64,000 bases of DNA. Source: Squalus acanthias (lineage: Eukaryota). The stretch lies in assembly GCA_030390025.1 (NCBI GenBank), contig CM059433.1, positions 30,692,001 to 30,756,000 on the forward strand, read 5' to 3'. Every line of letters starts with the position of its first letter. Position 1 is the first letter of the stretch. The notes under the pieces are model-generated. The model was not told the DNA's origin and did not search any database. It saw only the letters and a program-made list of their open reading frames with translations. This document shows, piece by piece, positions 37,131 through 49,848 of the stretch. The position numbers and the translations under genes are program-made.

Positions 37131-37760
37131 TTTCACTGGTGTCTCAAAATCTTTCAATGCCCACCATTCTTCACTATTGGAGGAAACAAGAACAGTGGTT
37201 AAGGCCAACAGATTTAGAGAAGCACTTATTACTGCAGATTAACGGGCAGAGGTTATGGTAGGAGATTTGAGAAGTTCTGAGCTTTGATTTGATAGTTCTT
37301 TAGGAAATAGGTCTTGGTCACTTAGTCAACAACAGACGATATATGCTGTTAACTAAAGTCAGATATGGACAGCGCTGGATCAAAATGATTCATTTAATCA
37401 AATGATTAGCAGGCTAGACAATAAAGGGGAGGATGTTTTGCTACAGTTATACAAAGCCCTGGTTAGACAACATGTGAAGTACTGTGTACAGGTCTGGGTA
37501 TCGCACCTTAGAAAGGATATATTAGCCTTGGAAAGAGTGCAGAGCAGATTCATCAGAATGTTATCAGGGCTCCAAGACTTAGATTATGAGGAGCGATTAC
37601 ATAAACTAGGCTTGTATTCCCTGGAATATAGAAGATTAAGGGGTGATTTGATTGAGGTTTTTAGAAATTTGTAAAGGAATTGATAGGGTAGATAGAGACA
37701 ACTTTTTTCCACTGGTGGTGGAGTCTAGGACAAGGTGACATAACCTTAAAATCAGAGCCA

Positions 37761-38140
37761 GTTCATTGCGGATAGGCACTTTACAGCCTTCCGGACTCAA
37801 CATTGAGTTCAACAATTTCAGATCATAACCTCTGCCCCCATTTTTCAGATGGCAGCTGTTGCTGATGATTCTGATATTCCAAAATCTCCTTTCACCTTGC
37901 ACCATCATCCCTTTTGTCATTTAATTTCTCCTGCCTTCCACCCTATCACAGACCTTCCCTTTTGTTCTTTCCTCCCTCCACCCCCCCTCCTCTTTCCCTG
38001 CCTCTGTACTTGCTTAAAACCTGTTACATCTCTAACCTTTTCCAGTTCTGATGAAAGGTCATCGACCTGAAACGTTAACTCTGTTTCTCTCTCCACAGAT
38101 GCTGCCTGACCTGCTGAGTATTTCCAGCATTTTCTGTTTC
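37761..38140 (+). mobile_element. Penelope-like 3' fragment with minimal hammerhead at 38044-38080
   Basis: RIGTLQPSGLNIEFNNFRS* resembles a Penelope GIY-YIG C-terminus; AGUU-CUGAUGA-AAGGUC(AUC)GACCU-GAAAC-GUU-AACU. Nested in a CR1. Confidence 0.78.
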
Positions 38141-38397
38141 CATTCAGGATAGATGTTATGAAACACTTCTTCACACAAAGTAGAAGTGTGGAACTCTCTA
38201 CCTCAAAAAGCAGTAGATGCTATCTTAATTAATAATTTTAAATCCGAGATCAATAGATTTTTGCTAACCAAGGGTATTAAGGGATATGGAGCCAAAAATG
38301 GGTGGATAGAGTTAGGATACAGATCAGCCATGATCTCATTGAATGGCGGAACAGGCTCGAAGGCCTGAATGGCCTACTCTTGTTCCTGTGTTTCTTT

Positions 38398-39241
38398 GGG
38401 CTGGATTTTATGAATGGAGACGTGTTGGAGGCGGGACTGCTGCTTGCCGGGTTTTAGTCCCGCCTCCAGCGATGTCTGGCCAGCCCACGCTATTTTCCAT
38501 TGATTGGCCTTGTTAAGTCCGCCCTGTGGGCTTAGCCGGCCAATTAATGGAAAGCTGGTGACAGATGACGTCAGCGAATGACGTTTCATCAGTCGAGATT
38601 TTTTGACAGATGAACTGTCAGCGTTTGACAGCTCTGTGAAGCTGTCAAACACTGACAATCTGTCTTCTAAGGTGAGACCTTGGACACAGGCTCACTTAGA
38701 AATTTCTCATGAGCAGAAAGCAGAAGGCCGCTGCATCTGAGAATGCAGCAGCCTTCTGCATTCTCTGCCGTGGAGATGAGGCAGCTCCGCAGCCTAAAGG
38801 GTTGAAGCCTGGAGGAAGAAGCAAAGGTAAGTAAACTTCTTAGAACACTTTACACTCACCTCACACACTTACCTCTCCACACTTGCACCCATCACTCACC
38901 TCCACAGCGGACATTTCGGCCCCTCAGACCCCCACAGACCCACTGCTCACCTCGCTGACCCTGGCGAGGTTCAGAGCCATCGGGAAGACCACACTTTAGG
39001 GCTCAAAATAGGGAAAAGCCAAAAAACTGCCTGTTAACTACCTGTTAACAGGCTGTTAATTAGCACTAATCCCCTTCCCGCCTCGAGGAGATGGGTCCCT
39101 GCGCAAGTCAGGGACCCGCCTCCTGGAAAGATGGCACGGAGGTGGGTTGGGAGTGGGATGGGCATCCACTCCCAGATTCTGCCATTTTCCTGGCAGTCCC
39201 GCCTCCATTCCCACCTCCCCAGGGCTGGGAAAATTCCCCCC
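38398..39241. mobile_element. Harbinger-type MITE, inverted relative of 25916-26762
   Basis: GGGCTGGATTTTATGAATGG start matches the reverse complement of the 26762 end; colinear interior. Confidence 0.78.
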
Positions 39242-41956
39242 AGTGTTTCTGAAAGGTGATTTGAAACTTCTGAAACAGTATGTGACTATTGAATGTATAT
39301 CATCCATCTCTATGGTGACAGTTGACTCCCTGATGAAAAGATTATACTGACGTTGTACTACTATACACAACATCCAAGGGAAAAGGGTGAAACATGTATC
39401 CTGGTGCAAGCATGGTTTCTTTTTCAGTGTGGCAACCTGTGCCAGCATGAGAAGAGAAATCCAAGATGAACTCAATAAACTCCGGCAAGCTCCTGCTGAC
39501 CGAGCAGGTCCGAGAAGACAGGTGGATGTTCCTCGGTGTCATCATGGGACGTCCCTGTAGGAGATAAGGGTGAACCAGTGCGAGCCACCATAAACAGGAG
39601 TCCATAGGAGAGTAATGAGTTAGCAAGCCGCTGATTACTGGAATCATGTACCATACAGGGAAAGATAAAGGAGAAGCATGATGGAGCTGTAATGATGAAT
39701 CCTGTACACAGGAGACAGGGACATTGATAGAAACAGGAATAAAAGATGTCATGTCACCCGAATCCTGGAGGAGTGAGAGCAAGCAGATTCAGCAAAGGCA
39801 CTCATATATTTGGGAACTATTGATCTTTAAAAAATGTACTTCAAGATGGCTGCTGATCATGGTAGCGTCACTGGGAAACAATACATGGCACACTCTCCCC
39901 TGTAAGATCTTGTGGAGGGAATGATGGAGAACATACTAACCCTGACAATGAAGGGAACTGAAAAATGTTCACTAATACCAACAGACATGCCTCGGGGAAG
40001 CCAACCCCTGCGTTCTTCTTCTGGATGATGCACTGCTGGCTATTTCACTAGTAATGGAGGTTGTCAGAAAGTGCTGGTGTGATAATTCTGTCATTTTTAG
40101 ACCTTTAGGAAAACTAAAGAGGCGGGGGGAGGAGGAAGGTAAATTTTTCAGTTAATGGTGAACAGCTTTTTCCTCTGGGCTGGTTTTCTGAGATTACAGC
40201 AATTCGTATTGCCAACAGAAACTATTCATTCTCTCGTAGGCAAAAAAGCACTGTAGAGCAGACAAATGCGACTCAGTAAATCATATTCTGAATAAAAGTG
40301 TAAGTGCAATATAAGCGACCTCAAGAGCTTAGTAAATGTAAACCCTCCATTTATTCATGGCCTGTGTGAGGCCACTACTCAGAACAAATGGCACTGTTCA
40401 AATAAGGAGTATTACATTTTCTAAATCAAATCCACTGCTCTGAATCAATATTAAATTTATGAATTACAAATCTGTGTCCCTGAATTCTTTGGAGAGTATT
40501 TTACATTCAGAATTAGAAGAGTTACCACCACATTTTACATTTTCTAATTAAAGCCCATACAATTTGCTTATCTCTCTCAGGAAGGAATAGAACCTTTACA
40601 GGAACTTATGGCAAATACAACAAAGCTTCTCCATTACTTCAAAACCGACTGTCTATTTTAATGTCACCGATTGACTTGAAACGAGGGAGTTTATGCTACC
40701 TGCATCTAATGGATATCGTTATTTAGTTCATCACCTTCAATAGCTTCTACTAGATTGGTAGAAAGTTATCTTTGGCTGAGAATTGGAAAGAAGCAATTTA
40801 TTAAGCTACAGAGTACAAAAGCAAGGAAGTTATGCTAAACCTTTACAAATCATTGGTTAGGCTTCAGCTGAGTGCTGTGTTCAATTATTTAGGGTATGAA
40901 GGATCAAGGCCTTAGAGAGGGTGCAGAAGAGATTTACCAGAATGGTACCAGGGATGAGGGACTTCAGTTATGTGGAGAGACTGGAGAAGCTGGGATTGTT
41001 CTCCTTAGAGCAGAGAAGGTTAAGAGGAGATTTATTAGAGGTGTTCAAACCATGAATGGTTTTGATAGAGTAAATGAAGAAAAACTGTTTCCAGTGGCAG
41101 TAGGGTTGGTAACCAAAGGACACAGATTTAAAGTAATTGGTAAAAGAACCAGAGGGGCGGTGAGGAGAATTTTTTTTACGTAGCGAGTTGTTGTGATCTG
41201 GAATACACTTCCTGAAAGGGTGGTGGAGGCAGAAAGGGGAAGTGGATAAATACTTAAAAAAGAAAAATTTGCAGGGCGATGGGGGAAAGAGCAGGGGAGT
41301 GGGACTAATTGGACAGCTCTTTCAAAGAGCCGGCACAGGCATGATGGGCCAAATGGCCTCCTTCCGTGATGTATGATTCTGTGATAGAGCTGGATTGATA
41401 GGTTACCATTCAGTCTGAAGGTATCATCTGTAGGGGCCATACCGTTAGAAAAATCTATCAGTGCTTTCTCCTGCTGGGTAATTTTTAAGTCATTTGTTTC
41501 TATGTCAGGAATGGACATTATAGTCAAAGCAATATGGAGTTTGAGACAAAGCCCTGCTGAGTGAAAGGGCAAAAATGACATGCTACAAAATAGGTGTGGG
41601 GTGGGCGGGATGTCACACAGTCCTCAAGGAGCAAAAGGAACCTTACACGTCACACTGACTAAACACAGTGAGGAAAGATGATTAAAGGCTCTGGCGGAGG
41701 GGGTTTCAAGGGAGCTACATGTGGAATGGCAAATTGCACAAGCTCAATGGAGCAAAACAAATTGAGGTGTGTGAAATGACAATTTTTTTTGCACCAGTGA
41801 GGTCAGGTGCTGGGAAGGGAATCAAGCCTCCAACACCATCCAACGATATTACAACACGCCCATTCATTCTTAGAAGCGACACATTCCAGGTCATTTCCCA
41901 AAGAATGGTTAAAACGAGGAAGTTAAAATCCTCCATGCTTATATGCTCAGCCCGAG

Positions 41957-42317
41957 TAGGGTTGGCCTGAAGTCTCCAGGAATCGAAGATTCTCCAGGAC
42001 ACCGCTGTGAGCAAACCTGGGAGAAAAATCATAGGGACATTAAAGCAAATTGTGTTTCTTTTTCATTTTCTTTAATAAACACTTCAATTTATTAGTTATA
42101 AAAATATTGGAGCTGGAGGAAGAAAATGCTGTTTCTCGAACAGTCAAGCTGAATCCAATTGGGTAACAAAGAGTCTGTTCCCTTTCCAATTGGCCGTGGG
42201 AAGGTGGAGCACCTGGAGGATGGACCAATGGCGGGAGTGTGGGGGCGGGGCGGTTGGAGGCAGTCGGTCATGTGATGAAACCTCTCGGAATACACCCAGA
42301 CAGAGTTGGCAACCCTA
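41957..42317. mobile_element. hAT-type MITE
   Basis: TIR TAGGGTTG / CAACCCTA; 8-bp TSD agcccgag / ggcccgag (7 of 8 match). Confidence 0.75.
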
Positions 42318-45300
42318 GGCCCGAGCTGGCTGGCAGATGCCTCGAGTTTATCCCAGCTTTGTGCATATCGATCAAGTAAAAAAAAAAGATGAAAATAAAT
42401 TTAGGAGCATCAAGAAAAGAAAATAATTTTCTATTGGATGAAAATGACCTGGTGCTGGTAATGTAAGCGAGGCTTGAACTGCTGCCTTGGGCCCTCTGAA
42501 GTCAAAACAAAGTACGGAATTTAGCAAAGAGTATCTTCATTTTCTCAAAGTGACTGCACAACAGAGGATTAGGGCTATAATTTATAACAACAGAGTTCCG
42601 CGCACAGTGAGGCCTATTTGGTCACAGTGCACTGGTTTCAGATCCATAAGATTAAATGCTCTCTCCCCATATCTTGCTGATTTTTTTCTTCTCTCTGTGA
42701 AGGCAGATGTTAAATTATAGGAAGCAAACATGCTCTTAGGCACATTACGAAGTGTAAATAATATAGAGGCATGCTTAGCTCATTTATCTAAAGGTTACGC
42801 AAAATATCAAAGGTAGAAAAATTACATTGACCTTGCACCAGCCGCATAATGAAATAAAAATGTGCTACCCACTGTATCATAAAACCATAGAAATTCACAG
42901 TATAAAAAGGAGACCATTCAGCCCATCATGTCTGTGCCAGCCCTTACTTAGAGCAATTCAAAACTAATCCCACAGCCCTCCGATCTCCCCATAACACCGT
43001 ATATTTCTCTTCTTCAAGTGATTATCTAGTTTTTCTCTAAAAGTTGCAAAGGTCTCTGCCTCAACTATTCCCTCCATCAAAGCATTCCTTGCTCCAATAA
43101 ACCTCTGTGTAAATAATTTTCTCCTGAACTCTCTCCTCAATTTGATGACCCCTTGTCTCTGACTCCCTAACCAGAGGAAATTGTCCATTCCTATTCATAG
43201 GAAGGAACATAGGAACAGGAGGAGGCCATTCAGCCCCTCGAGCCTGTTCCGCCATTCAATTAGATCATGGCTGATCTGTATCTTAACTCCATCTACCCGC
43301 CTTGGTTCTGTAACCCTTAATATCCTTGCCTAACAAAAATCTATCAATCTCAGTTTTGAGATTTTCAATTGACCCCCAGCTTCAATGGCTTTTTGGGGAG
43401 AGAGTTCCAGATTTCCACTACCCTTTGTGTGAAGAAGTGCTTCCTGACATCACTCCTGAATGGCCTAGCTCTAATTTTACGGTTATGCCTCCGTGTTCTG
43501 GACTCCCCCCCCCCCCCCCCCGCCCCCTCCAGAGGAAATAGTTTCTCTCTTTCTAGCCTATCAATTCCTTTAATCATCTTAAGCACCTCAATGGTGGTGG
43601 TGGGGGTCTGGAACTCACTGCCTGAAAGGGTGGTAGAGGCAGAAACCCTCGTCACATTTAAAAAGTACTTGGATATGCACTTGAAGTGCCGTAACCTACA
43701 AGGCTACGGACCAAGTGCTGGAAAGTGGGATTAGGCTGGATAGCTCTTTGTCGGCCAGCACGGACAAGACAGGCCGAATGGCCTCCTTCTGTGCCATAAA
43801 TTTCTATGATTTTATGAATTAGATCACCCCTTAACCTTCTATACTGAAGGGAATACAAGCCTAGTCTATGTAACCTGTCCTCATAATTTAACCCTTTTCG
43901 CCCCAGTATCATTCTGGTGAATCTGTGCTGCACCCCCTCCAATATATCCTTCCTGAGGTGTGGTGCCCAGAACTGAATGCCGTACTTCATCCATCAAAAC
44001 CTTTCATAATTTTATAAACCTCTATTAAATTTCATCTTGAACTCTTCTGTTTGAGTGGAAATAGCCCTAGTATCACAAGTCTCTGCTCATAACTAGAGAT
44101 TTCCATCCTTGGTATCATCATGGTGAATTTATATTGTATGCTCTTGATGGCTTTAGTGACCTTTCTACAATGGGGCAAAAAAGCTGGATACAGTTATCTA
44201 ACTGTAGCCTAATCATTACCTCTATAAATTTATCACTACTTCTTTACTCTTGTACAGTCTGCCCCATTTATAAAGAACAAAATACGAATGGCCTTCTTTG
44301 ACAGCTTTATCTACTCACGCTTTCAATGGATTGTGCATTTAAACCCCTTGGTTCAAATAGGGTAAATAAGGAGAAACGGTTTCCACTGGTATGTGAGTTG
44401 GTAACCAGAGGACACAGATTTAAGGTAACTGGCAAAAGAACCAGAGGGGAGATGAAGAGTTTTTTTCCATACAGCGAGTTGTTGTGATCTGGAATGTATT
44501 GCTTGAAAGGGTGGTGGACGCAGATTCAATAGTAACTTTCAAAAGGGGCTTGGATATCTACTTGGAACGGAAAAATTTGCAGGATTTATGGGGAAAGAGC
44601 AGGGGAGTGGGACTAATTGGATAGCTCTTAGAAAGAGCTGGCACAGGCACGATGGGCCGACTAGTTCTAGGGGGATAATTTTGACTTTGGATGATAGTAT
44701 AAAACAGCCAATATCAGATCAGCTGCCCGTTATAGATCTTGCCTGCTTTTCATTTCCACTGAATGGAAATCAGGAGAAATGTGCAATGGGCGGTGATTTG
44801 ATATCGCCCCATTTTACACTATCACAAAATTAGTTTTGTGTGTATACCAGTATCTAATGCATACAAGTTTGTGCACTGTCTCATGTCTGAAGCACTCCAG
44901 TTTGGTGATTCCTAGCCTAAAATGTACTATTTTGCACATTGAGTTATAACTAAGGTATATTGTATGCTTGGCCATATCTAAAGTATACAAGGCCTCATAT
45001 AATGCTTTGTAGACTGCCTCATTGCAAAACTATAGCTATTCGATATACTGATTCATGTTCAAGGTACCTGGGATTTTTTTTCTGGCAATTATCTCTGGAC
45101 ACAGTGTTATTAACAATCATCTTTGTTGCTCTGTCTCTTAAATTTAAATAATTAGACAAAATGCTCACTTGACATGTTTGGATCACTGCGTCAAACTCCA
45201 AATAAAATATAGCAGCATTACTACAAACACCTATCTTATTGGATTGCTTTTGTCGGCGGATTCTAGGTTTAATTTTGAAATTCTTTGTGTATTGAGTCTT

Positions 45301-45896
45301 TTCACTTTAAACACATGGGCCAGATCTTGCTGGAGTGGGGCATCTCACGACGTGCCCCGTTAGTTAGACGTTTATCTGCACCGTTCAATTCAAAACATTT
45401 TTTGTGCTGTAACTTGCTGGAAGCGTGAGCTGATAACGGCGTGGTGAGGGCAATGGGGTATCTGGGACCTTGGTCAATGGCGGGACCAACAGTCGATCTC
45501 CTTAACCAATGAGATTTAAGGATTGAGAAAGAAACAGAGGAAGGACTGAGAAGTTAGGTAAATTAGAGTCAAACCAGGTACAGAAAGATGGCACCTCCCT
45601 CAGTACAGCATTGAAGTGTCAGCATGAATTATGTACTCAAGTATCTGGAGTAGGACTTTGCTGGCTTATATGCCTATAACAAGAAAATGATGGCCAGTTT
45701 ATAAATTTGAACACATCCAAAACTCTGCTGCCCATATCCTAACACGCACCGAGTCCCGCTCACCCATCATCCCTGCGCTCGCTGACCTACATTGGCTCCC
45801 AGTCTACCAATGCTTTGACTTTAAAATTCTCATCCTCATGTTCAAATCCATGGCATCGCCCCTCCCTATCTCTGTGACCTCCTCCCACCATACAAC

Positions 45897-46114
45897 TGAC
45901 GTAAGAAAACTACTAGTCTAAGCGTTAAACAAAGCTTTAATCAACTGTTTTACAACATGGCGATCTAGTTGTCCTTTACTAGTTCCTGTTAAAGAATGTC
46001 CTGAGCAAGCTGGGCCCATGCCCGAGTATTTATACTCTCCCTGGACAGCGCCACCAGCAGGCCGCCCAGTATTATGTCATAAGTCATTTCCCATGAATGA
46101 CAAGATTCATGTCA
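45897..46114 (-). mobile_element. Very short solo LTR, 218 bp
   Basis: TGAC...GTCA termini; 5-bp TSD ACAAC (45892-45896 and 46115-46119); minus-strand TATAAA and ATTAAA; interrupts an L2 fragment. Confidence 0.7.
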
Positions 46115-46868
46115 ACAACCATCTGAGATTGCTGCGCTCCTCCAATTCTGGCATCTTGTGCATCCCCGACTTCCAGCGCTCCACCATTGATAGCTGTGCT
46201 TTCAGCTGTCTAGGCCCTAAGCACTAGAATTTTCTCCCTAGACCTCTCCACCTCTCTCTCCTCCTTTAAGACGCTCCTTAAAACCTGCCATTTTGGCCAA
46301 ACTTCCAGTCACCTGTCCTAATGTCTCCTTCTTTGATTCCGTATCAATTTTTGTCTGATCACACTGCTATGCAGCACCTTGGGAGGTTTTACTACATTAA
46401 AGATGCTATATAAATGCAAGTCGTTGTTCTTTATTGGCACTCCTGTGAAAACCACCTGCTGTTGCTTCATTTACATTACAGTGAGGTCAGGGCTACCATC
46501 GGGGACAGTAAACGAGCCTTAAGAGTGTGCTCCCATTCCATGCCTCAAATGTCCATTGTGTACCTGCCACCTGGTGTGAATGCTGTACCATTGATATAAT
46601 TAACCACTAATTTACATGTTGCTAGGTTGCTTTATTGAGCATAACAAGGCGGGGATAGTGCAGGTAACTGTAACTATTCATTACGTTTTGATATGAAATG
46701 CAAACTCAAAGTTATGAGGTAAATTACAACAAAAGCTTCGAAATGCAATCATCATGGCAAAAGAGAGAACCAAGTGATGTTAAAAATAGAAAATTCTACG
46801 ATCTATAAATAACAAGGTTGCAAAAGCTCGTGCCAGCTCTCACCCACCTTCAACATCAGAAGAATTAC

Positions 46869-47103
46869 CTTGAGATTCTTTGTCTTCCGTACTGATGATG
46901 CTCCATGATACTGCCGGCTCTGCTGAGACCGAGGTAGGTGCAATATGGGAGGCTCCGCTAGGCGTCGCTTTAACAGGGCTTTCTGCGCTGGTGGTGGGCT
47001 CAACAGGTAAACAACTGACCTTGTTTAGGCCATCGACACACGCAAAGCCCGCCGGGCAAGTATAGATCAAGCAATCATTGTAATTTTGCTCACAATTTAC
47101 TCC
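46869..47103 (-). CDS. EYS: EYS exon (human exon 25-like): GVNCEQNYNDCLIYTCPAGFACVDGLNKVSCLPVEPTTSAES...STEDKESQ(G); end of the EGF array and start of the Ser/Thr/Pro spacer
   Basis: Acceptor ccttttcttttcag| and donor CAAG|gtaatt; 235 nt, phase 0 in (matches the preceding exon), phase 1 out. TCPAGFACVDGLNKVSCLP resembles human TCSIGLLCGDEIRRITCLTP (recalled). Confidence 0.88.
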
Positions 47104-49737
47104 CTGAAAAGAAAAGGAGGTGAAAAAATAAATCAGAGTTGTTTTTAAACAAGTCTGTCTCAACTATTTTCACAAAAGCTTTGTGGGCAGTTAACATTCA
47201 GCGTTAATTACTATTTTACTGACCGTACAACACTCCTCTCCTCTCTCCTGCAAATTGTTCTTTTTTTCTGAAGGAGGGTCGACCCGCAAAAGGTTAATCT
47301 CTCTTTATAGATGCTGACTGACCTGCTCTGTAGTTCCAGCAATTCTTGCTGTTATCACTGAGCCGTAGCTCAGTGGGTAGCAACAACAACAACAACAACT
47401 TGTATTTATATAGCGCCTTTAATGTAGTAAAATGTCCCAAGGTGCTTCACAGGAGCGTTATCAAAATAATTTGACACCGAGCCACGTGTGAATCTTCCGG
47501 TCTCCATATTATAAAATGGATATAGAGGCACTAGAGCAGGTGTAAAAAAGATTTACAAAGATGATACCAGAACAAGTTTATACCTATCAAGAAAGATTGA
47601 AAAGGCTGGGGCTTTTTACTCTCGAAAAGAGAAGGGTGTTTCGTCTTTGTGTTTTTATATATTTACATATTTGGTGAGTTTTTTTGGTGATAGAGGTCTT
47701 TAAGATTATGAAAGGGTTTAATAGGGTAGACTTGTGGGGGAGACCAAAACTAGGTGCCAAAAATATAAAATAGTCACTAATAAATCCAATGAGGAATTCA
47801 AGAGAAACTTCTTTACCCAGAGTGTGTTTAGAATGTGCAGCTCGCTAACACATGATGTTGTTGAAGCGCATAATACAGATGCATTTAAAGGGAATCTAGA
47901 TAAGTACTTGAGGGAGAAAGGAATAGAAGGATATATTGATAGGGTGAGATAAAGTAAGGTCGGAGGAGGCGTGTGTGGAGCATAAATACCGACATATACA
48001 TGTTGGGCTGAATGGCCTGTTTTTGTGCTGTGAATTCTATGTAATTCTATCCATTAAATGCTACCACCAATCCTACCTTTGAAACGAACAGGTTAAACAT
48101 CGACAGGATTGATCTGTTTCCAATCTAGCCTTTGACAAGTCCCACCTGGTGCCTGCAAGCAACTAGGGGTGAAATTCTTTTGATGCTGCTGGCTAGAATC
48201 TGAACAAATTGTTAGAATCTTTCTCTGTGTTAGTGAAGGCAATCAGTTTGAAGACTCTAAAAAGAATCCTTGTCAGGTTTCATTGTCACTGCCAACCTAA
48301 ACTGATTTTACATAGATAACCAAGTGATTCACTGGGCCAAATCTTCCTGGAAAAATAACCGCGTGTTAACGACGCACGCCGTTATTAATGCAAGATTTGG
48401 TCAGCAAGTTCAGGGATTATGAGATATGCCATGAGTTGCAAATCTCCTGAATTTGCTGGTCGGTTTATGTTTTATTTTTAAGAACTTGCTGTATTTGCAC
48501 ATTCATTGCCCATTAAATGTAGAAAGTTAGGGCTCATAATTAATGGTGTAAGTACCTTTTTAACAATGTGATAATTGTTAATGCAATGCTGATTCAACCT
48601 CACTGGCCCAGAAAGGGAACAATTTAAACTGTTCAATCTCATTCCTGCAAGTAGTAAATGCTTCTTAGAGATTTAAAGAAGGTCAAATTGTCATATTTTT
48701 AATTTTTTCCTTACTTTTCCTTCATCTCACTTTTTTCTCTCTATTAATCGAATCTTCTTTCCCTCTCTTTATTTCTCTTTCTGTACCTGATTTGACTCTA
48801 ATTCACCCTAAATCCTTCTCCGTCATTCCTCTGTTTCTTTCTCAATCCTTAAATCTCATTAGTTGAGGAGACAGACTGTTGGTCTCACTGTTCACTAAGG
48901 TCCCAGATGCCCCATTCCCCTCAGCTCACACTTCCAGCAAGTTACGCGCAAACATTTTTTAGAGTTGAAGGGTGCAGAAACATGTCTAACTAACAGGGCA
49001 CGTTGTGAGATGCCCCGCTCCAGCAAGATCTGACCCATTAGTTTTTTTGCTCGCCAATTTTTCGCAGCTAATTTTCCCTCCTGAAGGTATTGACTCCTTG
49101 CAGGGGAATGGTTCCACCTTGTGGTGCCTTGCCCAAGCTAGCATTATTCACGGATGAGCTTCAACAATGAGTACTATATCGGCTTGAAGGGAACGCTACC
49201 GCTGCATCGAGTCCTGGTACTCGCCAAATATTCACACATCGGTTCTACCAAGGGTCACCAGATAGCAATTGGGAATAGAAACAAAAGCCAAATTTTTTTT
49301 CCCATTAACCTGAGGCTAATAATAATGGCATTACCATACCCCTACTGAGGTCAATTAACCCCACACAGAGCAGGGAGCAAATCTGGGATCACCCTGATCT
49401 ATGTGGGTCAGCTGCTCACTGGACAAGCTTGTGGAGCCATTTGGGAGCTGGGTTTTATTTTAGTTGCAGATAGGCATAATTATTATCCAGTTTGAAGGCC
49501 GCGATGGGAGCAAATAGCTCCGGTTTATGCTGTTGGATTTTCGGGTATCATTTTTCTCAGAGCTGATAGATCTCGACGCCTTATCAAATAAGGAATGCAA
49601 CTCCCAGTCTGATGAAAAAGAGTCTGTGGTGGATGGGCACGTTTCAAACCATGAATGGAGCTTATTACCTTATTCAAATCAACCCATTCTGATTTGGCAA
49701 GCCAAATGCCAGCTGCCTTGTTCCAAGAGTCTCAGTT

Positions 49738-49777
49738 AGAAAGAAAGAAAGAAAGAAAGAGAGAAAGAGAGAAAGAG

Positions 49778-49828
<51 letters not shown>

Positions 49829-49848
49829 GAGAAACAAAGAGAGAAAGA
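49738..49848. repeat. (GAAA)n/(GA)n microsatellite, expanded SINE tail
   Basis: Directly abuts the 3' end of a minus-strand SINE. Confidence 0.9.

Larger units (their letters stand above)
36262..40102 (-). pseudogene. EYS: Decayed relic of the large EYS spacer exon (human exon 26-like), with stops, frameshifts and TE insertions
   Basis: Acceptor ttttcctaaag| at 40102 gives (G)LKMTELSHQHFLTTS..., then an in-frame TAG at 39974-39972. Later blocks, such as SLLSYGLLFMVARTGSPLSPTGTSHDDTEEH (within 39654-39472) and SDQDLFPKE (from 37322), resemble the human spacer. The 3' end (donor-like GTAG|gtaatc at 36262) is tentative. Confidence 0.65.

Noticed and set aside
39342..39782. 146-aa minus-strand ORF as an independent gene or intact exon
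   Set aside because: No ATG start or flanking splice pair. The best EYS-like block is in a different frame, so this is part of the frameshifted relic.
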